A stretch of 64,000 nt of DNA, taken from NCBI GenBank assembly GCA_028695015.1, contig JAQVJR010000001.1, forward strand, positions 255,297 through 319,296, read 5' to 3'. Each line of letters begins with the position of its first letter. Within the stretch, counting starts at the first letter, position 1. This DNA comes from Minisyncoccota bacterium. GTDB lineage: Bacteria > Patescibacteriota > Minisyncoccia > UBA6257. Under the pieces are notes generated by a model. That model was given only the letters and a program-made list of their open reading frames with translations, did no database searches and had not been told where the DNA came from. Below are positions 29,124 through 39,890 of the stretch, piece by piece. The position numbers and the translations under genes are program-made.

Positions 29124-29852
29124 ATGGAATATTACACAACGTTAGCTTTTGTTTTAAAGCAAGAACCAGTTAGAGAGCATGATCGAAATTATACTTTCTA
29201 TACTCAGAAATTTGGTAAAATAAATTTATTAACTCCAGGGGCTAGAAAAATAAATGCAAAATTACCTGGTCATTTAGAAGTACCTTCATTAGTAGAGATA
29301 CAATTTACAGTATCTAAAAAACCTCGCCTCATTAGTGCCTTGGAGAAATTTTCTTTTCCAGTAATTAAAAAAAAGAAAAAACCTTTATTAGTTTCTTTTT
29401 TAATTGTAGATTTAGTAGATAAGCTTACAATTGAAAATCAAATTGAGCCAGAAACCTGGAAACTTCTTTATGATTCTTTTTATTTTTTAGAAGAGAATTT
29501 TGATAAATTTCCTGAAATTGCTGATTTTCTTTGGCTTTATTTTAATGCTAAGTTTTTAGAAATCTTAGGCTTGTTTCCATTTTTAGAAGGTTGTGTTGAG
29601 TGTGGGAAAACAATTAATAACAAGTTTTTTAGTTTTCAAAAAAAGGGTATTGTTTGTCTTCAGCATCATCAAGAACAAGATTGGTCAATAAGTACACAAC
29701 AAAAAAGAATTTTGAATTTGTTATTTAATTCTTCTTTACAACAATTCTTGCGCCGTTCTCAAGTTAATGAGGTTTTAAAAGAAAAAAAATACCTCAAGCG
29801 GTTTTTAGATGAATTTACTTTAGCCATAAAATCAGATATAATAAGTTCATAA
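29124..29852 (+). CDS. recO: DNA repair protein RecO
   Basis: N-terminal OB-fold region and CVECGK...C zinc-finger segment. 242 aa. Confidence 0.7.
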   Translation: MEYYTTLAFVLKQEPVREHDRNYTFYTQKFGKINLLTPGARKINAKLPGHLEVPSLVEIQFTVSKKPRLISALEKFSFPVIKKKKKPLLVSFLIVDLVDKLTIENQIEPETWKLLYDSFYFLEENFDKFPEIADFLWLYFNAKFLEILGLFPFLEGCVECGKTINNKFFSFQKKGIVCLQHHQEQDWSISTQQKRILNLLFNSSLQQFLRRSQVNEVLKEKKYLKRFLDEFTLAIKSDIISS

Positions 29853-29872
29853 TCTTTAAATATTTTAAATTT

Positions 29873-31606
29873 ATGGAGATTAAAACATTTTTTAAAACTT
29901 TTTGGGGAGGCGTCGTTATTACAATTTTAATATTAATCATTGGTTATCTATTCTGGGGATTTTTTAATAGAGGAGGAGTGGATTTTATTTTTTCTGGAAC
30001 TGATGAGGCTAAATCTGGTGAAGTAAAGGAATTTTCTTTAATAGTCGAAAATAAGTCCCGGGTAAAGCTTGAAGAAGCAGAGATAAAGATAAAATTACCT
30101 GAAGGTGTGTTTGCTGTTGATAATCCTAAAGAAAAAGTCCTTACTTTAAAGCTAGAAGAAATAGATTCATTAGCAATGGATAAAAAAGAAATTAGCTTAT
30201 TAATTACTGGAGAATCAAAAACATTAAAAAAAATTGAAGCAGTTCTTGCTTATCGCTCAAAAGGAATTAGTTCTATTTTTGAAAAGAAAGCTGCTAAATC
30301 TGTTTTGATTTCTGGCTCTTCTTTTAGATTAGAGGCTGTTACTTTAAGTCAGGTTTTTGCCGAGCAAGTTTTTCCTTTAGAAATTAATTGGGAAAATCTT
30401 TCTAGCTATACCTTTGATAATGTTGAAGTACGAGTGGAGTGGCCTACAGGTTTTATTTTTCAAGAATCTACTCCTGAAATTTCTACCACAGGGGATAATC
30501 GATGGATATTAGGGGAATTATATCCAGCCAGTCAAGGCAAGGTTCTTGTCAAAGGATTTATGACTGGACAAGCTGGAGAAACAAAAAGAATAATTTTAAA
30601 CTTAGGCATGGTAAAAGATGGAGTTTTTCTCCCTTTAAGCAAAGCTGAAAGTTTCTTAACAGTAATTAAGAATCCTTTAGCTATTTCTTCTTTGGTTAAT
30701 AGTCAAATTAATTACAATGCTGATCTAGGAGAAACCTTAGAAGTTGTCATAGATTATCAAAATAATTATTCTGCTACCTTAAGGAATTTAGATGTTGAAG
30801 TAGTATTAAAAGGTGAGGCTTTTGATTTATCAACTTTAAAGGCTCCAAAGGCAACATTTTTATCAAAAACTAATACATTGATCTGGTCTGGGGCAAAAGT
30901 GGCACCACTTTATTCTCTTAATCCAGGAGAAAAAGGAACCTTAGAGTTTTCAATAGGATTAAAAAAAGATTGGCCAATGACAAGCGCAGTTCAAAAAAAT
31001 GTAATTTTAGAAATACAAACACTAATTAAAAGCTCTAATGTGCCAGAACAGCTAGAGGTGAGTGAGTTACCCCGAGCAGCAACTTTAAATACTATTAAAA
31101 TTAATACTGGTAGTAATTTAGTGATCGAAAGCTATTTTCGTGATGCTCCTTCGCAGATAGCAAATACTGGTAGTTTGCCTTTAAGAGCTAATAATGCTAC
31201 TGATTTTACGATTCATTGGAAAGTATTAAATAGCTTTAATTCTTTAAGAGATGTAAAAATCCGCACGACCTTACCTCTCTGGGTGGAATTCACCAGTCAA
31301 ATTAGTGGTAATTATGGTTCCAATCGTCCAGTATATGATCCTTTAACTCGTGAGCTTTCTTGGCAAATTGATACTATTCCAGCTGGTTCAGGAATTATTA
31401 CTAAAGCTCAAGAACTTATCTTTCAAATAAAAGTTACTCCTTCAACAGCACATATTAATCAGGCAATAGATTTAATAGAAAAAACAACTTTTACAGCCTT
31501 AGATGCTTTTACTGGAAAAAATATTAATTTAAATTATCCAGCAGTTAAATCTATTGAGTTGACTGATAAAACCGTATTGCCAAATGAAGGCATTGTCGGG
31601 TTGTAG
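29873..31606 (+). CDS. Hypothetical membrane-anchored extracellular multi-domain protein
   Basis: N-terminal TM, then ~550 aa of beta-rich repeated segments with no catalytic motif. Confidence 0.3.
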   Translation: MEIKTFFKTFWGGVVITILILIIGYLFWGFFNRGGVDFIFSGTDEAKSGEVKEFSLIVENKSRVKLEEAEIKIKLPEGVFAVDNPKEKVLTLKLEEIDSLAMDKKEISLLITGESKTLKKIEAVLAYRSKGISSIFEKKAAKSVLISGSSFRLEAVTLSQVFAEQVFPLEINWENLSSYTFDNVEVRVEWPTGFIFQESTPEISTTGDNRWILGELYPASQGKVLVKGFMTGQAGETKRIILNLGMVKDGVFLPLSKAESFLTVIKNPLAISSLVNSQINYNADLGETLEVVIDYQNNYSATLRNLDVEVVLKGEAFDLSTLKAPKATFLSKTNTLIWSGAKVAPLYSLNPGEKGTLEFSIGLKKDWPMTSAVQKNVILEIQTLIKSSNVPEQLEVSELPRAATLNTIKINTGSNLVIESYFRDAPSQIANTGSLPLRANNATDFTIHWKVLNSFNSLRDVKIRTTLPLWVEFTSQISGNYGSNRPVYDPLTRELSWQIDTIPAGSGIITKAQELIFQIKVTPSTAHINQAIDLIEKTTFTALDAFTGKNINLNYPAVKSIELTDKTVLPNEGIVGL

Positions 31607-31633
31607 AGAAAATAATAATAAAGAATAAATAAA

Positions 31634-33007
31634 ATGAATCAAAGTGATTTAATGGAAAAAATCATTTCTTTATGTAAAAGAAGAGGTTTTGTTTATCTCT
31701 CATCTGAGATTTATGGTGGCCTAGCTAATGTTTATGATTTTGGTCCCTTGGGTTCGCTTTTAGCTAAAAATATTCGTGACCTTTGGATAAAAAAAATGAT
31801 TCAGGAAAGAGATGATATTTATTTAATTGATGGGTCTATTCTAATGCATCCAAAAGCATGGGAGGCTAGTGGTCATACAGTTGCCTTTACTGATCCCTTA
31901 ATTCAGTGTCCAGTTTGTAAAAAAAGATTTCGGGCTGACAATCTTGAAGGCTGGGTATTAGAAAAGGATAATCAAACAGGAGAATGGGAGATTTTAAAAC
32001 AAGGTAGTTTAGCTTGTCCTGATTGTAAGGGAGAATTAATACCAACGGTAAAAGAATTTAATCTTTTAATGGCAACTGAGGTTGGGGCAGTGGCTGGAGA
32101 AAAAATGAAGGTATATCTTAAAGGAGAATCTTGTCAAAATATTTATCTTGATTATCTACCAGTTAGAGATACAATGGCTGCACAAATTCCTTTTGGTATA
32201 GGGCAAATAGGCAAGGCTTTTCGTAATGAAATTACTTTAGGAAAATTCTTGTTTAAGGTTCGAGAATTTGAACAAATGGATATTCAATATTTCTGTGCTC
32301 CAGAAAATGCAGATAAGGTATATGAAGAATGGAAAAAAATTAGATTAGATTGGTATTTAGAAGATATTGGTTTAAATAAAGAAAGATTACGTTGGAGACA
32401 ACATACCCCAGAAGAAAGAATTTTTTATGCAAAAGATGCTTGGGATATTGAATATAAATTCTTTAATGATTTTGAAGAGCTAGAAGGGGTGCATCATCGT
32501 TCTGATTATGACTTAACTCAGCATGGTAAGTTTTCTGGTAAAACTCTTGATTATTTTGATCCTCAAACAAAGAAAAGATATGTTCCATATATTATTGAAT
32601 GTTCTGGTGGTTTACAAAGGACTTTCCTTTCTGTTTTAGCAGAAAGTTACAGAGAAGAAATGGTTAATAAAGACAAGAGAGTGTTTTTGAAAATGAAACC
32701 AGTGTTAGCGCCATATAAGGCAGCGGTTTTTCCTTTAGTAGCTAATAAACCTGAATTAACTAAAAAAGCAAAAAGTGTTTTTAATACTTTAAAGCCAGAA
32801 TTTATGACTCTCTGGGATGATATTGGAAATATTGGGAAAAGATATCGCCGTCAAGATGAAATTGGCACTCCTTGGTGCATTACCATTGATTATCAGACCT
32901 TAGATGATGATACAGTTACTATTCGTGATCGGGATACAATGAAACAAGAAAGGATTAAATCTTCAGATATTGCCCAATATATAAAAGAAAAATTAAACAA
33001 TGCATAA
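31634..33007 (+). CDS. glyQS: Glycine--tRNA ligase (alpha2 dimeric type)
   Basis: RRGFVYLSSEIYGGLANVYDFGPLG class II motif 1 region and zinc-ribbon insert. 457 aa. Confidence 0.85.
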   Translation: MNQSDLMEKIISLCKRRGFVYLSSEIYGGLANVYDFGPLGSLLAKNIRDLWIKKMIQERDDIYLIDGSILMHPKAWEASGHTVAFTDPLIQCPVCKKRFRADNLEGWVLEKDNQTGEWEILKQGSLACPDCKGELIPTVKEFNLLMATEVGAVAGEKMKVYLKGESCQNIYLDYLPVRDTMAAQIPFGIGQIGKAFRNEITLGKFLFKVREFEQMDIQYFCAPENADKVYEEWKKIRLDWYLEDIGLNKERLRWRQHTPEERIFYAKDAWDIEYKFFNDFEELEGVHHRSDYDLTQHGKFSGKTLDYFDPQTKKRYVPYIIECSGGLQRTFLSVLAESYREEMVNKDKRVFLKMKPVLAPYKAAVFPLVANKPELTKKAKSVFNTLKPEFMTLWDDIGNIGKRYRRQDEIGTPWCITIDYQTLDDDTVTIRDRDTMKQERIKSSDIAQYIKEKLNNA

Positions 33008-34271
33008 GTTTAAATTAACAAAATTCAACAATGGTTTAAAAGTGCTTACAGTTCCTTCTAAAGAGGCACTTTCTTTTCGAGCCATGGTTTTGATAAACAC
33101 AGGTAGTGATTTTGAAAGCAAAGAGAATAATGGTATTTCTCACTTCTTAGAGCATATGTGTTTTAAAGGTACTAAAAAACGTCCTTCAAATTTTGCCATT
33201 ACCAAAGAACTAGATTCTATTGGTGGCTCTTATAATGCTTTTACTGGTTCTGAATATACAGGCTATTATGCTAAAGTAGCAAAGCAAAACAAAGATATAG
33301 CTTTAGATGTAGTTTCAGATATTTTCTTAAATTCTCAATTTCCAGCTCAAGAAATAAAAAAAGAAAAAGGGGTTATTATTGAAGAAATTAATATGCGTAA
33401 AGATGAACCCAGAAGATATGTTTGGAATCATTGGGGGAGATTATTATATGGTAACCAATCCATAGGTCGTTCTATCTTAGGCCCAAAGGAAAACATTATA
33501 AACTTTCAAAAAAAAGACTTTATTAAATACAGGGAATCTCAATATAGGGCAGAATCAACAATTGTTGTTATTAGTGGTAATTTCTCTGAAAAAGAAATTA
33601 TTAAAAAAGTAAAAAAATATTTTCATAATATAAAACCAGGTCAAGGAATAGCAAAAGAAAAGGTAAAGGAAAAACAAAACAAGCCCCAAGTTTTTATAGA
33701 AAATAGAAAAACAGACCAAACTCATTTAGCCCTAGGAGTAAGGGGCATAAACTTTTTTGACAAGAGAAGATATGCTTTAAAAGTTTTAGATACTATTTTA
33801 GATGGGGGAATGTCTGGAATGCTTTTTCAAGCTATCAGAGATAAATTAGGAGTGGCTTATTATGTCAGTAGTGCATTGGTTACTTATTCAAGTCATGGTT
33901 TTTGGGTTGTTAGAGCAGGTATAGATAATAAACGCTTAGAAGAAGTAATCAGAGTCGTTTTAAAAGAATGGGGCAAATTGAAAACAAAAAAAATAGGTAA
34001 TAAAGAGCTAAAAAAAGCTAAAAATTATATTAATGGTAAAGTGGCCTTAGGTTTAGAAAATATCCATAATTTAGCAGAAGGATTTGCTTATGATGAATTA
34101 TTAAGAAAAGAAATAGAAACACCTGAGCAGTATTTAAAGAAAATTAAAGAAATAACTGTTTTTGATATTCAAAAAGTAGCTCAAGATTTATTAAAACCTG
34201 AGTTTTTAAATTTAGCTTTAATTGGCCCCCACAAGAATAAGGAAAAACTAGAAAAATTACTTTATATTTAA
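33000..34271 (+). CDS. M16-family zinc peptidase (pitrilysin-like)
   Basis: HFLEH inverted zinc-binding motif (HxxEH) near the N-terminus. Confidence 0.65.
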   Translation: MHKFKLTKFNNGLKVLTVPSKEALSFRAMVLINTGSDFESKENNGISHFLEHMCFKGTKKRPSNFAITKELDSIGGSYNAFTGSEYTGYYAKVAKQNKDIALDVVSDIFLNSQFPAQEIKKEKGVIIEEINMRKDEPRRYVWNHWGRLLYGNQSIGRSILGPKENIINFQKKDFIKYRESQYRAESTIVVISGNFSEKEIIKKVKKYFHNIKPGQGIAKEKVKEKQNKPQVFIENRKTDQTHLALGVRGINFFDKRRYALKVLDTILDGGMSGMLFQAIRDKLGVAYYVSSALVTYSSHGFWVVRAGIDNKRLEEVIRVVLKEWGKLKTKKIGNKELKKAKNYINGKVALGLENIHNLAEGFAYDELLRKEIETPEQYLKKIKEITVFDIQKVAQDLLKPEFLNLALIGPHKNKEKLEKLLYI

Positions 34272-34272
34272 A

Positions 34273-35313
34273 ATGAATCAAAAACTAGATATTTCTTGGC
34301 AAAGTTTTTTAAGATTTTATATCATCTTAATAGGTTTTATTGCTGCTTGGTATTTTAGGCAAATTATTTTCATTGCTTTATTAAGTTTTATTTTAGCGTC
34401 TTTATTTGAAAAACCTATTGATTATTTAGAGGCAAAATGGAAGAATCGTTGGTTGGCAACTTCAATGGTGTATTTAGCTTTATTAGGTGGTTTAAGCTTA
34501 ATGGCTTTTTGGTTAATCCCTATCTTAAACCAATCAATGCTTGATTTTATAAACCTTATTCCTGCTGAGATAAATAAAGAGTCTTTATTTCGATTATGGC
34601 AAGAATGGCAATTACCAGAATCTTCAGTAGAAAATTGGTTAAGCTTAACAGGTATTTCCCAAGGTCATTTATTTGAATTTTTAAACCAATCTGTTGGTTT
34701 ATTAATTAAGGTTCTTGGTGGAGCTTTTACTGCTTTTTCTGTTTTATTGTTTTCTTTTTTTATTAATACAGAAAAACAAGGAATAGAAAAAACAATTTCT
34801 TTAATTTTTCCAAAGATTTATGAAAATTATGTTATTGAACTTTGGAGAAAAACACGAGGAAAGGTTTGTAATTGGTTTTTTACTCAGCTAATCTTAAGTT
34901 GTTTTGTTGGTAGTTTGGTTTTTATCAGTTTTAAGATTTTAGGCATACCCCAGGCTGAATTATTAGCTACCTTAACTGCTTTATTTGATTTTATTCCTTA
35001 TATCGGCCCAATCATTATTGGGCTAATAGCAACCTTAATTGGATTTAATCAAAGCTTTTTCTTAGGCATTACTGCTTTAATTATTTTTATGGTTATTCAA
35101 GCTATAGAAAGCTTTATTGCTCCTTTATTAAGAGCTAAGACAATGAAGTTAAATCCTTTGATAATTATTATTGCTTTATTAATTGGAGGCAAAACAGCAG
35201 GGATTGCAGGAATTATTATTGCTATTCCCTTAGCTGCAGCCATAGTTGAGTTACTAAGAGATATTCAGAGTGGTCGCTTAGCTTCTTTTATTCCTCAGAA
35301 ACAACTTCTGTAA
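34273..35313 (+). CDS. AI-2E family transporter (PerM/YhhT-like)
   Basis: Eight predicted TM segments. Characteristic C-terminal IAIPLAAAI region. Confidence 0.55.
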   Translation: MNQKLDISWQSFLRFYIILIGFIAAWYFRQIIFIALLSFILASLFEKPIDYLEAKWKNRWLATSMVYLALLGGLSLMAFWLIPILNQSMLDFINLIPAEINKESLFRLWQEWQLPESSVENWLSLTGISQGHLFEFLNQSVGLLIKVLGGAFTAFSVLLFSFFINTEKQGIEKTISLIFPKIYENYVIELWRKTRGKVCNWFFTQLILSCFVGSLVFISFKILGIPQAELLATLTALFDFIPYIGPIIIGLIATLIGFNQSFFLGITALIIFMVIQAIESFIAPLLRAKTMKLNPLIIIIALLIGGKTAGIAGIIIAIPLAAAIVELLRDIQSGRLASFIPQKQLL

Positions 35314-35317
35314 TATT

Positions 35318-36157
35318 ATGATATTTGATTCACATACTCATTTGAATTTAGCTGCTTTTGACAAGGATTTAGAGCAAATAATAGAAAAAAACAAACAAGA
35401 GAATGTTTTTGTTATTAATGTTGGAACTTGTTTAGAAACTTCTAAGAAAGCAGTAGCTATTGCTAAACAATATGAAAATTGTTGGGCCACAGTAGGTTTA
35501 CATCCAAGCCATACTGGTCCAATGAAAGTAGATAAAAATGAATTAAATAAAATTGACTTTGATTCAGAATTTAAAGATCCAGAAGTTTTTGATCAGAATT
35601 TTGAAATTCTTTTACAAGAGCCCAAGGTAGTGGCAATTGGGGAATGTGGTTTAGATTATTCTTACTTAAAGGATTTTTCAAAAAAAGACCAAGAGAAATA
35701 TCAAGAAGCACAAAAAAAAGAATTTAAAAAACAAATTCAAATAGCTAAAAAATATCAATTACCCTTGAGTTTACATGTTCGTAATCTATATGAACAAGCC
35801 CTGTCGATTTTAGAAGCTGAAGAATATAAAGGGCAAGGAGTATTTCATTTCTTTACTGGAAGCTTAAGTCAGGCAAAAATGATTATTGACAAAGGGTTTT
35901 TGATTGGATTATCAGGAGTTATTACTTATTCTTCAGAAATGGATAGGGTAATAGAGATGATACCTTTGGAAAAGATATTAATTGAAACTGATGCTCCATA
36001 TGTAGCGCCAGTGCCTTATCGTGGTCAGAGAAACGAACCTATTTATGTTAGAGAAGTGGCTAAGAAAATTGCTCAAATAAAAAAACTCTCCCAAAAAGAA
36101 GTTGAGAGAGTTACTTTTCAAAACACAGTTAAATTGTTTAAACTTCAATTACAATAG
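35318..36157 (+). CDS. tatD: TatD-family metal-dependent hydrolase
   Basis: MIFDSHTHLN start and GECGLD motif. Confidence 0.8.
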   Translation: MIFDSHTHLNLAAFDKDLEQIIEKNKQENVFVINVGTCLETSKKAVAIAKQYENCWATVGLHPSHTGPMKVDKNELNKIDFDSEFKDPEVFDQNFEILLQEPKVVAIGECGLDYSYLKDFSKKDQEKYQEAQKKEFKKQIQIAKKYQLPLSLHVRNLYEQALSILEAEEYKGQGVFHFFTGSLSQAKMIIDKGFLIGLSGVITYSSEMDRVIEMIPLEKILIETDAPYVAPVPYRGQRNEPIYVREVAKKIAQIKKLSQKEVERVTFQNTVKLFKLQLQ

Positions 36158-37856
36158 GCAAAACCATAGGCCTTCTTTCTGTTTTCTTAAATAGGAATAG
36201 GCCTATTTTATTTCTTAAATTATTACGAATATATCCTTCATTAAATGTATGGCCACTAGTAGAAGAACTAACTATTTCCCTAATTAGTTTTTTAGTTTGA
36301 TTAATTAAATCTTTTGATTCTTTCATATAGACAAATCCTTGAGAGGTAATTTGAGGATCATTTATAAGTAGTCCTGTTTTTCTATCTACTAAGGCAACAA
36401 TAATAAAAATGCCATCAGTAGCTAAAGCTTGTCTGGCCCTAAGAACTACTTCTTTAACATCACCAACGCCTAAGCCATCAACCATAATGTAATTAGCAGG
36501 AACAAATTTTTGAGTGGCTGTTATTTTGTTTTTTGTTAATTCGATTACCTGGCCATTAATAGCCAATACAATATTATTAGGAGCAATACCGACTGATTCA
36601 GCTAATTCTGCATGTGCTTTTAACATTGAATAGTGACCATGGATAGGAATAAAGAACTTAGGCTTAACTAAATTAATCATTGTTTTTAAATCTTCTTGAT
36701 AGCCATGGCCTGAAGCGTGAATATCAAGCATTTTATAATGATAGATTTTAGCACCTTGTTTAGCTAAATTATCTTTTAAGTTTTGAACAGCCAATTCATT
36801 GCCAGGGACCACAGAAGAAGAAAAGATCACAACATCTTTTTTCTGGATTCTAAGATGTTTATGTTGTCGGTTAACAATTCGCATTAAAACCGCCTCTGAT
36901 TCTCCTTGGGCGCCAGTACAAAGAACAGTGAGTTTATTTGGCTCTAATCGGCTTGCTGTTTTCCAATCAACAATAGTGCCTTTCTTAATTGATAGATATT
37001 TTAATTTTTCTGCAATAGCAATATTGGTTTTCATAGAAAATCCTTCAATAACAACCTTTCGATTGTATTTTTCTGAAAGCCAAATTGCTTGTTGGGCTCG
37101 GCTGATTAGTGAGGCAAAAGTTGATAAAATAATCCTACCTTTTGCATCTCTAAAAACAGGGTCCATATTATCCATAATTGTTTTTTCAGAGATAGAATGA
37201 CCAGGGTTTTCAGCTCCAGTTGAATCAGCCATTAAGAGAGTTGTTCCTTTTGAAGCTAAGTCAATAATACGTGAGAGATCAGCAGGTTTATCTGCAATGG
37301 GTTGAAGGTCAAATTTAAAATCTGTAGCAAACATAATCAAGCCAGCAGGACTATCTATAGCCAATCCAAGAGTGTCAGGTATATTATGGTTTAAGTGAAA
37401 AGGAGTAATCTTAAATGGACCTAAGGTGAATTTCTTCCCTGGATGGGTTTCCTGGATATTAAGTTTCTTTAAATTAGAAAAATCTTCTTGCCTTTTTAAA
37501 ATGATTCCTTTGCTTAAGGGAGCAGTAAAGATTGGTGGATAATTGATCTTGTCAATTAGATAAGGAATAGCACCAATATGATCATAATGAGCATGAGTGA
37601 TAACAACTCCTAGTATTTTTTTCTCTGGGTGTTTAGTTAAGTATTCTATATTAGGAATAATAAAATCAATCCCAGGCATATCTTCATCAGGGAATTGTAA
37701 TCCCATATCAACAATTAAAACTTGATTTTGGTATTCAAACAAGGTCATATTACGACCAATTTCTTCCAAACCACCCAAAGGAATAATCTTTAAAGAATCC
37801 ATGGATTGTTTTGTTTTTCTATGAGAAAATTTTTGATGTTTTTTATTTGTAGACAT
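36138..37856 (-). CDS. rnj: Ribonuclease J
   Basis: Metallo-beta-lactamase HAHYDHIGA motif plus beta-CASP and C-terminal domain. 572 aa. Confidence 0.8.
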   Translation of the reverse strand: MSTNKKHQKFSHRKTKQSMDSLKIIPLGGLEEIGRNMTLFEYQNQVLIVDMGLQFPDEDMPGIDFIIPNIEYLTKHPEKKILGVVITHAHYDHIGAIPYLIDKINYPPIFTAPLSKGIILKRQEDFSNLKKLNIQETHPGKKFTLGPFKITPFHLNHNIPDTLGLAIDSPAGLIMFATDFKFDLQPIADKPADLSRIIDLASKGTTLLMADSTGAENPGHSISEKTIMDNMDPVFRDAKGRIILSTFASLISRAQQAIWLSEKYNRKVVIEGFSMKTNIAIAEKLKYLSIKKGTIVDWKTASRLEPNKLTVLCTGAQGESEAVLMRIVNRQHKHLRIQKKDVVIFSSSVVPGNELAVQNLKDNLAKQGAKIYHYKMLDIHASGHGYQEDLKTMINLVKPKFFIPIHGHYSMLKAHAELAESVGIAPNNIVLAINGQVIELTKNKITATQKFVPANYIMVDGLGVGDVKEVVLRARQALATDGIFIIVALVDRKTGLLINDPQITSQGFVYMKESKDLINQTKKLIREIVSSSTSGHTFNEGYIRNNLRNKIGLFLFKKTERRPMVLPIVIEV

Positions 37857-37896
37857 CTTTTTATTATTTAATTTTACTATTTTAAAAATTGTTTAG

Positions 37897-37980
37897 TGCC
37901 TTGAGGGAGATTCGAACTCCCAATCCCTTATGGGAACTAGCATCTGAAGCTAGCGCGTATACCAATTTCGCCATCAAGGC
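37897..37980 (-). tRNA. tRNA-Leu(CAG)
   Basis: Reverse complement: acceptor GCCTTGA/TCAAGGC, anticodon stem CTAGC/GCTAG, loop TTCAGAT, long variable arm. Confidence 0.8.
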
Positions 37981-37995
37981 GGGCTTTATAAAAAA

Positions 37996-39660
37996 CTATT
38001 TTAAAACCCTTTTAGAGTATAAATACCAATTTTCTACATCAGTGAATTTTTCTGAAGGTAGATTAGCATATTCAATGTGATTGCCTTTTACAGATTGAGG
38101 CAAAAGATAAAGATAAAATGGATTGTATAAGAAAATTGCTGGCTTTTCTTCTGCGAGAAGCGTTTGGATATTGCTTAAGTTTTCAAGACGCTTTTTTTCA
38201 TTAAAGGTTTGTCTAGCTATTTCTAAAAACTTATCTAGTTCTTTGTTTTGAAACATAGAGAGATTAAGTCCAGGATCAGTGATTTGAGATGAATGCCAGA
38301 ACGAGTATAAGTCAGGATTTTGACCAACTATTTCTCCAAAAAGAAAAGCTTCATAAGAGCGAGGTTGAATAACTTCTTTTTCCAAAGTCGCTAAGGGCAA
38401 TATTTGTAATTCTACAGAAAAACCTATCTTCTCCCAACTATTAACAAGATAATTAGCTACTTTAATCAATTCTGTATTATGAGGCAAAGAGAGAGTAAAG
38501 CTAATTGGTTCTTCTTTTGCCAATCCTGAAGAATTAATTAGTTCCTTAGCTGCTTCTAAGGAATATTCTGGTATTTTATTAAATTCTTGTTCAGCCCCAG
38601 AACCTAAGAAACCAGGAGTTATTGGCCCGCCTAAGGCAATAGCTTGTTCTTGTAGTATTTCTTTAGTTAGTTCTTCTCTGGAAATTGCTAAATCTAAGGC
38701 TTGGCGAATATTTTCATTTTTAAAGAGAGGATTATTGAAATTAAGAAAGACAGCATAATATCGGGCTAAGATTAAAGAATTAATTTTAATATTTTTTTTA
38801 TTAACAAAAAAATCAAAATCTTCAATGAAAAGGGGAAAGAATCCGTCAATTTCTTTTTTCAATAAACCATTTTTCATTGAATCATAATTATCATAAAATT
38901 TGAAAATGATTTTTGAAATGTAGGGTTTGTTTTTAAAATATTTATCATTAGCCACCAAGGAATAATTAACAATTTTCCCTTTTTCAGTTTTCTCTATATT
39001 ATCAAAGAGATAAGGACCAGTTCCTATAGGTGTGAGATTGTATTTTGCAGTGTTAAAAAAACTAGGTTCAATATCTTCCCAAACATGTTTGGGAATTATT
39101 TTCAAAGTGAGATTTTGGAGAAAGGGTTGGTAAGTGTTCTTAAGATTAAAACGAATAATATTATCTCCGAGTTTTTCTACTACCACTCCTTCCCAATTGA
39201 GTCTCAAAGGGCTTTTTATTTTTGGATTTTGAATTGTTTCAATAGTAAAAACCACATCATCGGCAGTAAATTCAACACCATCATGCCAGAGGATATTATC
39301 TTTTAGGAAAATTGTATAACTAGTTCCATCTTCGTTAATTTCAACTTTTTCTGCTAATGCTGGCTCTAAAGATCCCTGACCATCTATACTAAAAAGACTG
39401 CTATAAATTAATTCACTAATATCGCGCTCACAATCATTAGATTGAGAGAGAACAGGATTTATATAAGAAGGAATTCCAATAGCTCCAAAAAGAAGTTTGC
39501 CTCCTTCTTTTGGCTCTAAAACAGTGATTTGAGTAAGTAAATTACTAAAAAAAACAACAATCCCAATAAGGAGTATTATTAAAAACAAAAAACATAATAA
39601 TCTTTCTTTTAATGTTAAAAGAAACCATTTTTTAAAGAAAGACTTTAAAAGATTTTTCAT
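37996..39660 (-). CDS. ABC transporter substrate-binding protein, family 5 (peptide/nickel type), membrane-anchored
   Basis: 554 aa, N-terminal TM, overall SBP_bac_5 resemblance. Confidence 0.5.
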   Translation of the reverse strand: MKNLLKSFFKKWFLLTLKERLLCFLFLIILLIGIVVFFSNLLTQITVLEPKEGGKLLFGAIGIPSYINPVLSQSNDCERDISELIYSSLFSIDGQGSLEPALAEKVEINEDGTSYTIFLKDNILWHDGVEFTADDVVFTIETIQNPKIKSPLRLNWEGVVVEKLGDNIIRFNLKNTYQPFLQNLTLKIIPKHVWEDIEPSFFNTAKYNLTPIGTGPYLFDNIEKTEKGKIVNYSLVANDKYFKNKPYISKIIFKFYDNYDSMKNGLLKKEIDGFFPLFIEDFDFFVNKKNIKINSLILARYYAVFLNFNNPLFKNENIRQALDLAISREELTKEILQEQAIALGGPITPGFLGSGAEQEFNKIPEYSLEAAKELINSSGLAKEEPISFTLSLPHNTELIKVANYLVNSWEKIGFSVELQILPLATLEKEVIQPRSYEAFLFGEIVGQNPDLYSFWHSSQITDPGLNLSMFQNKELDKFLEIARQTFNEKKRLENLSNIQTLLAEEKPAIFLYNPFYLYLLPQSVKGNHIEYANLPSEKFTDVENWYLYSKRVLK

Positions 39661-39671
39661 TTAAAAAGGAA

Positions 39672-39890
39672 TTAAATCAGAAAAGAAACAATTGCTAAAA
39701 GAATGAATAAAGCGCCTAAAACAATCGTTGAGATGAAAATGGTTTTTTCTAATCCTCTCCGAGTGCCATAAAACTGAGAAGTTAAACCACCTAAAGCGCC
39801 CATACCACTACCTCTTTGTTGAAGAAGGACTAAGGTAATTAGTAAAACACCAACAATAATTTGAAGAATGGTTAAAAAAGATTGACTCAT
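39672..39890 (-). CDS. secG: Preprotein translocase subunit SecG
   Basis: 72 aa, two TM helices with the LLQQRGSGMG...GLT loop typical of SecG. Confidence 0.7.
   Translation of the reverse strand: MSQSFLTILQIIVGVLLITLVLLQQRGSGMGALGGLTSQFYGTRRGLEKTIFISTIVLGALFILLAIVSFLI

Noticed and set aside
37889-38080. 63-aa plus-strand ORF
   Set aside because: It is read through tRNA-Leu(CAG) on the opposite strand and so is spurious.
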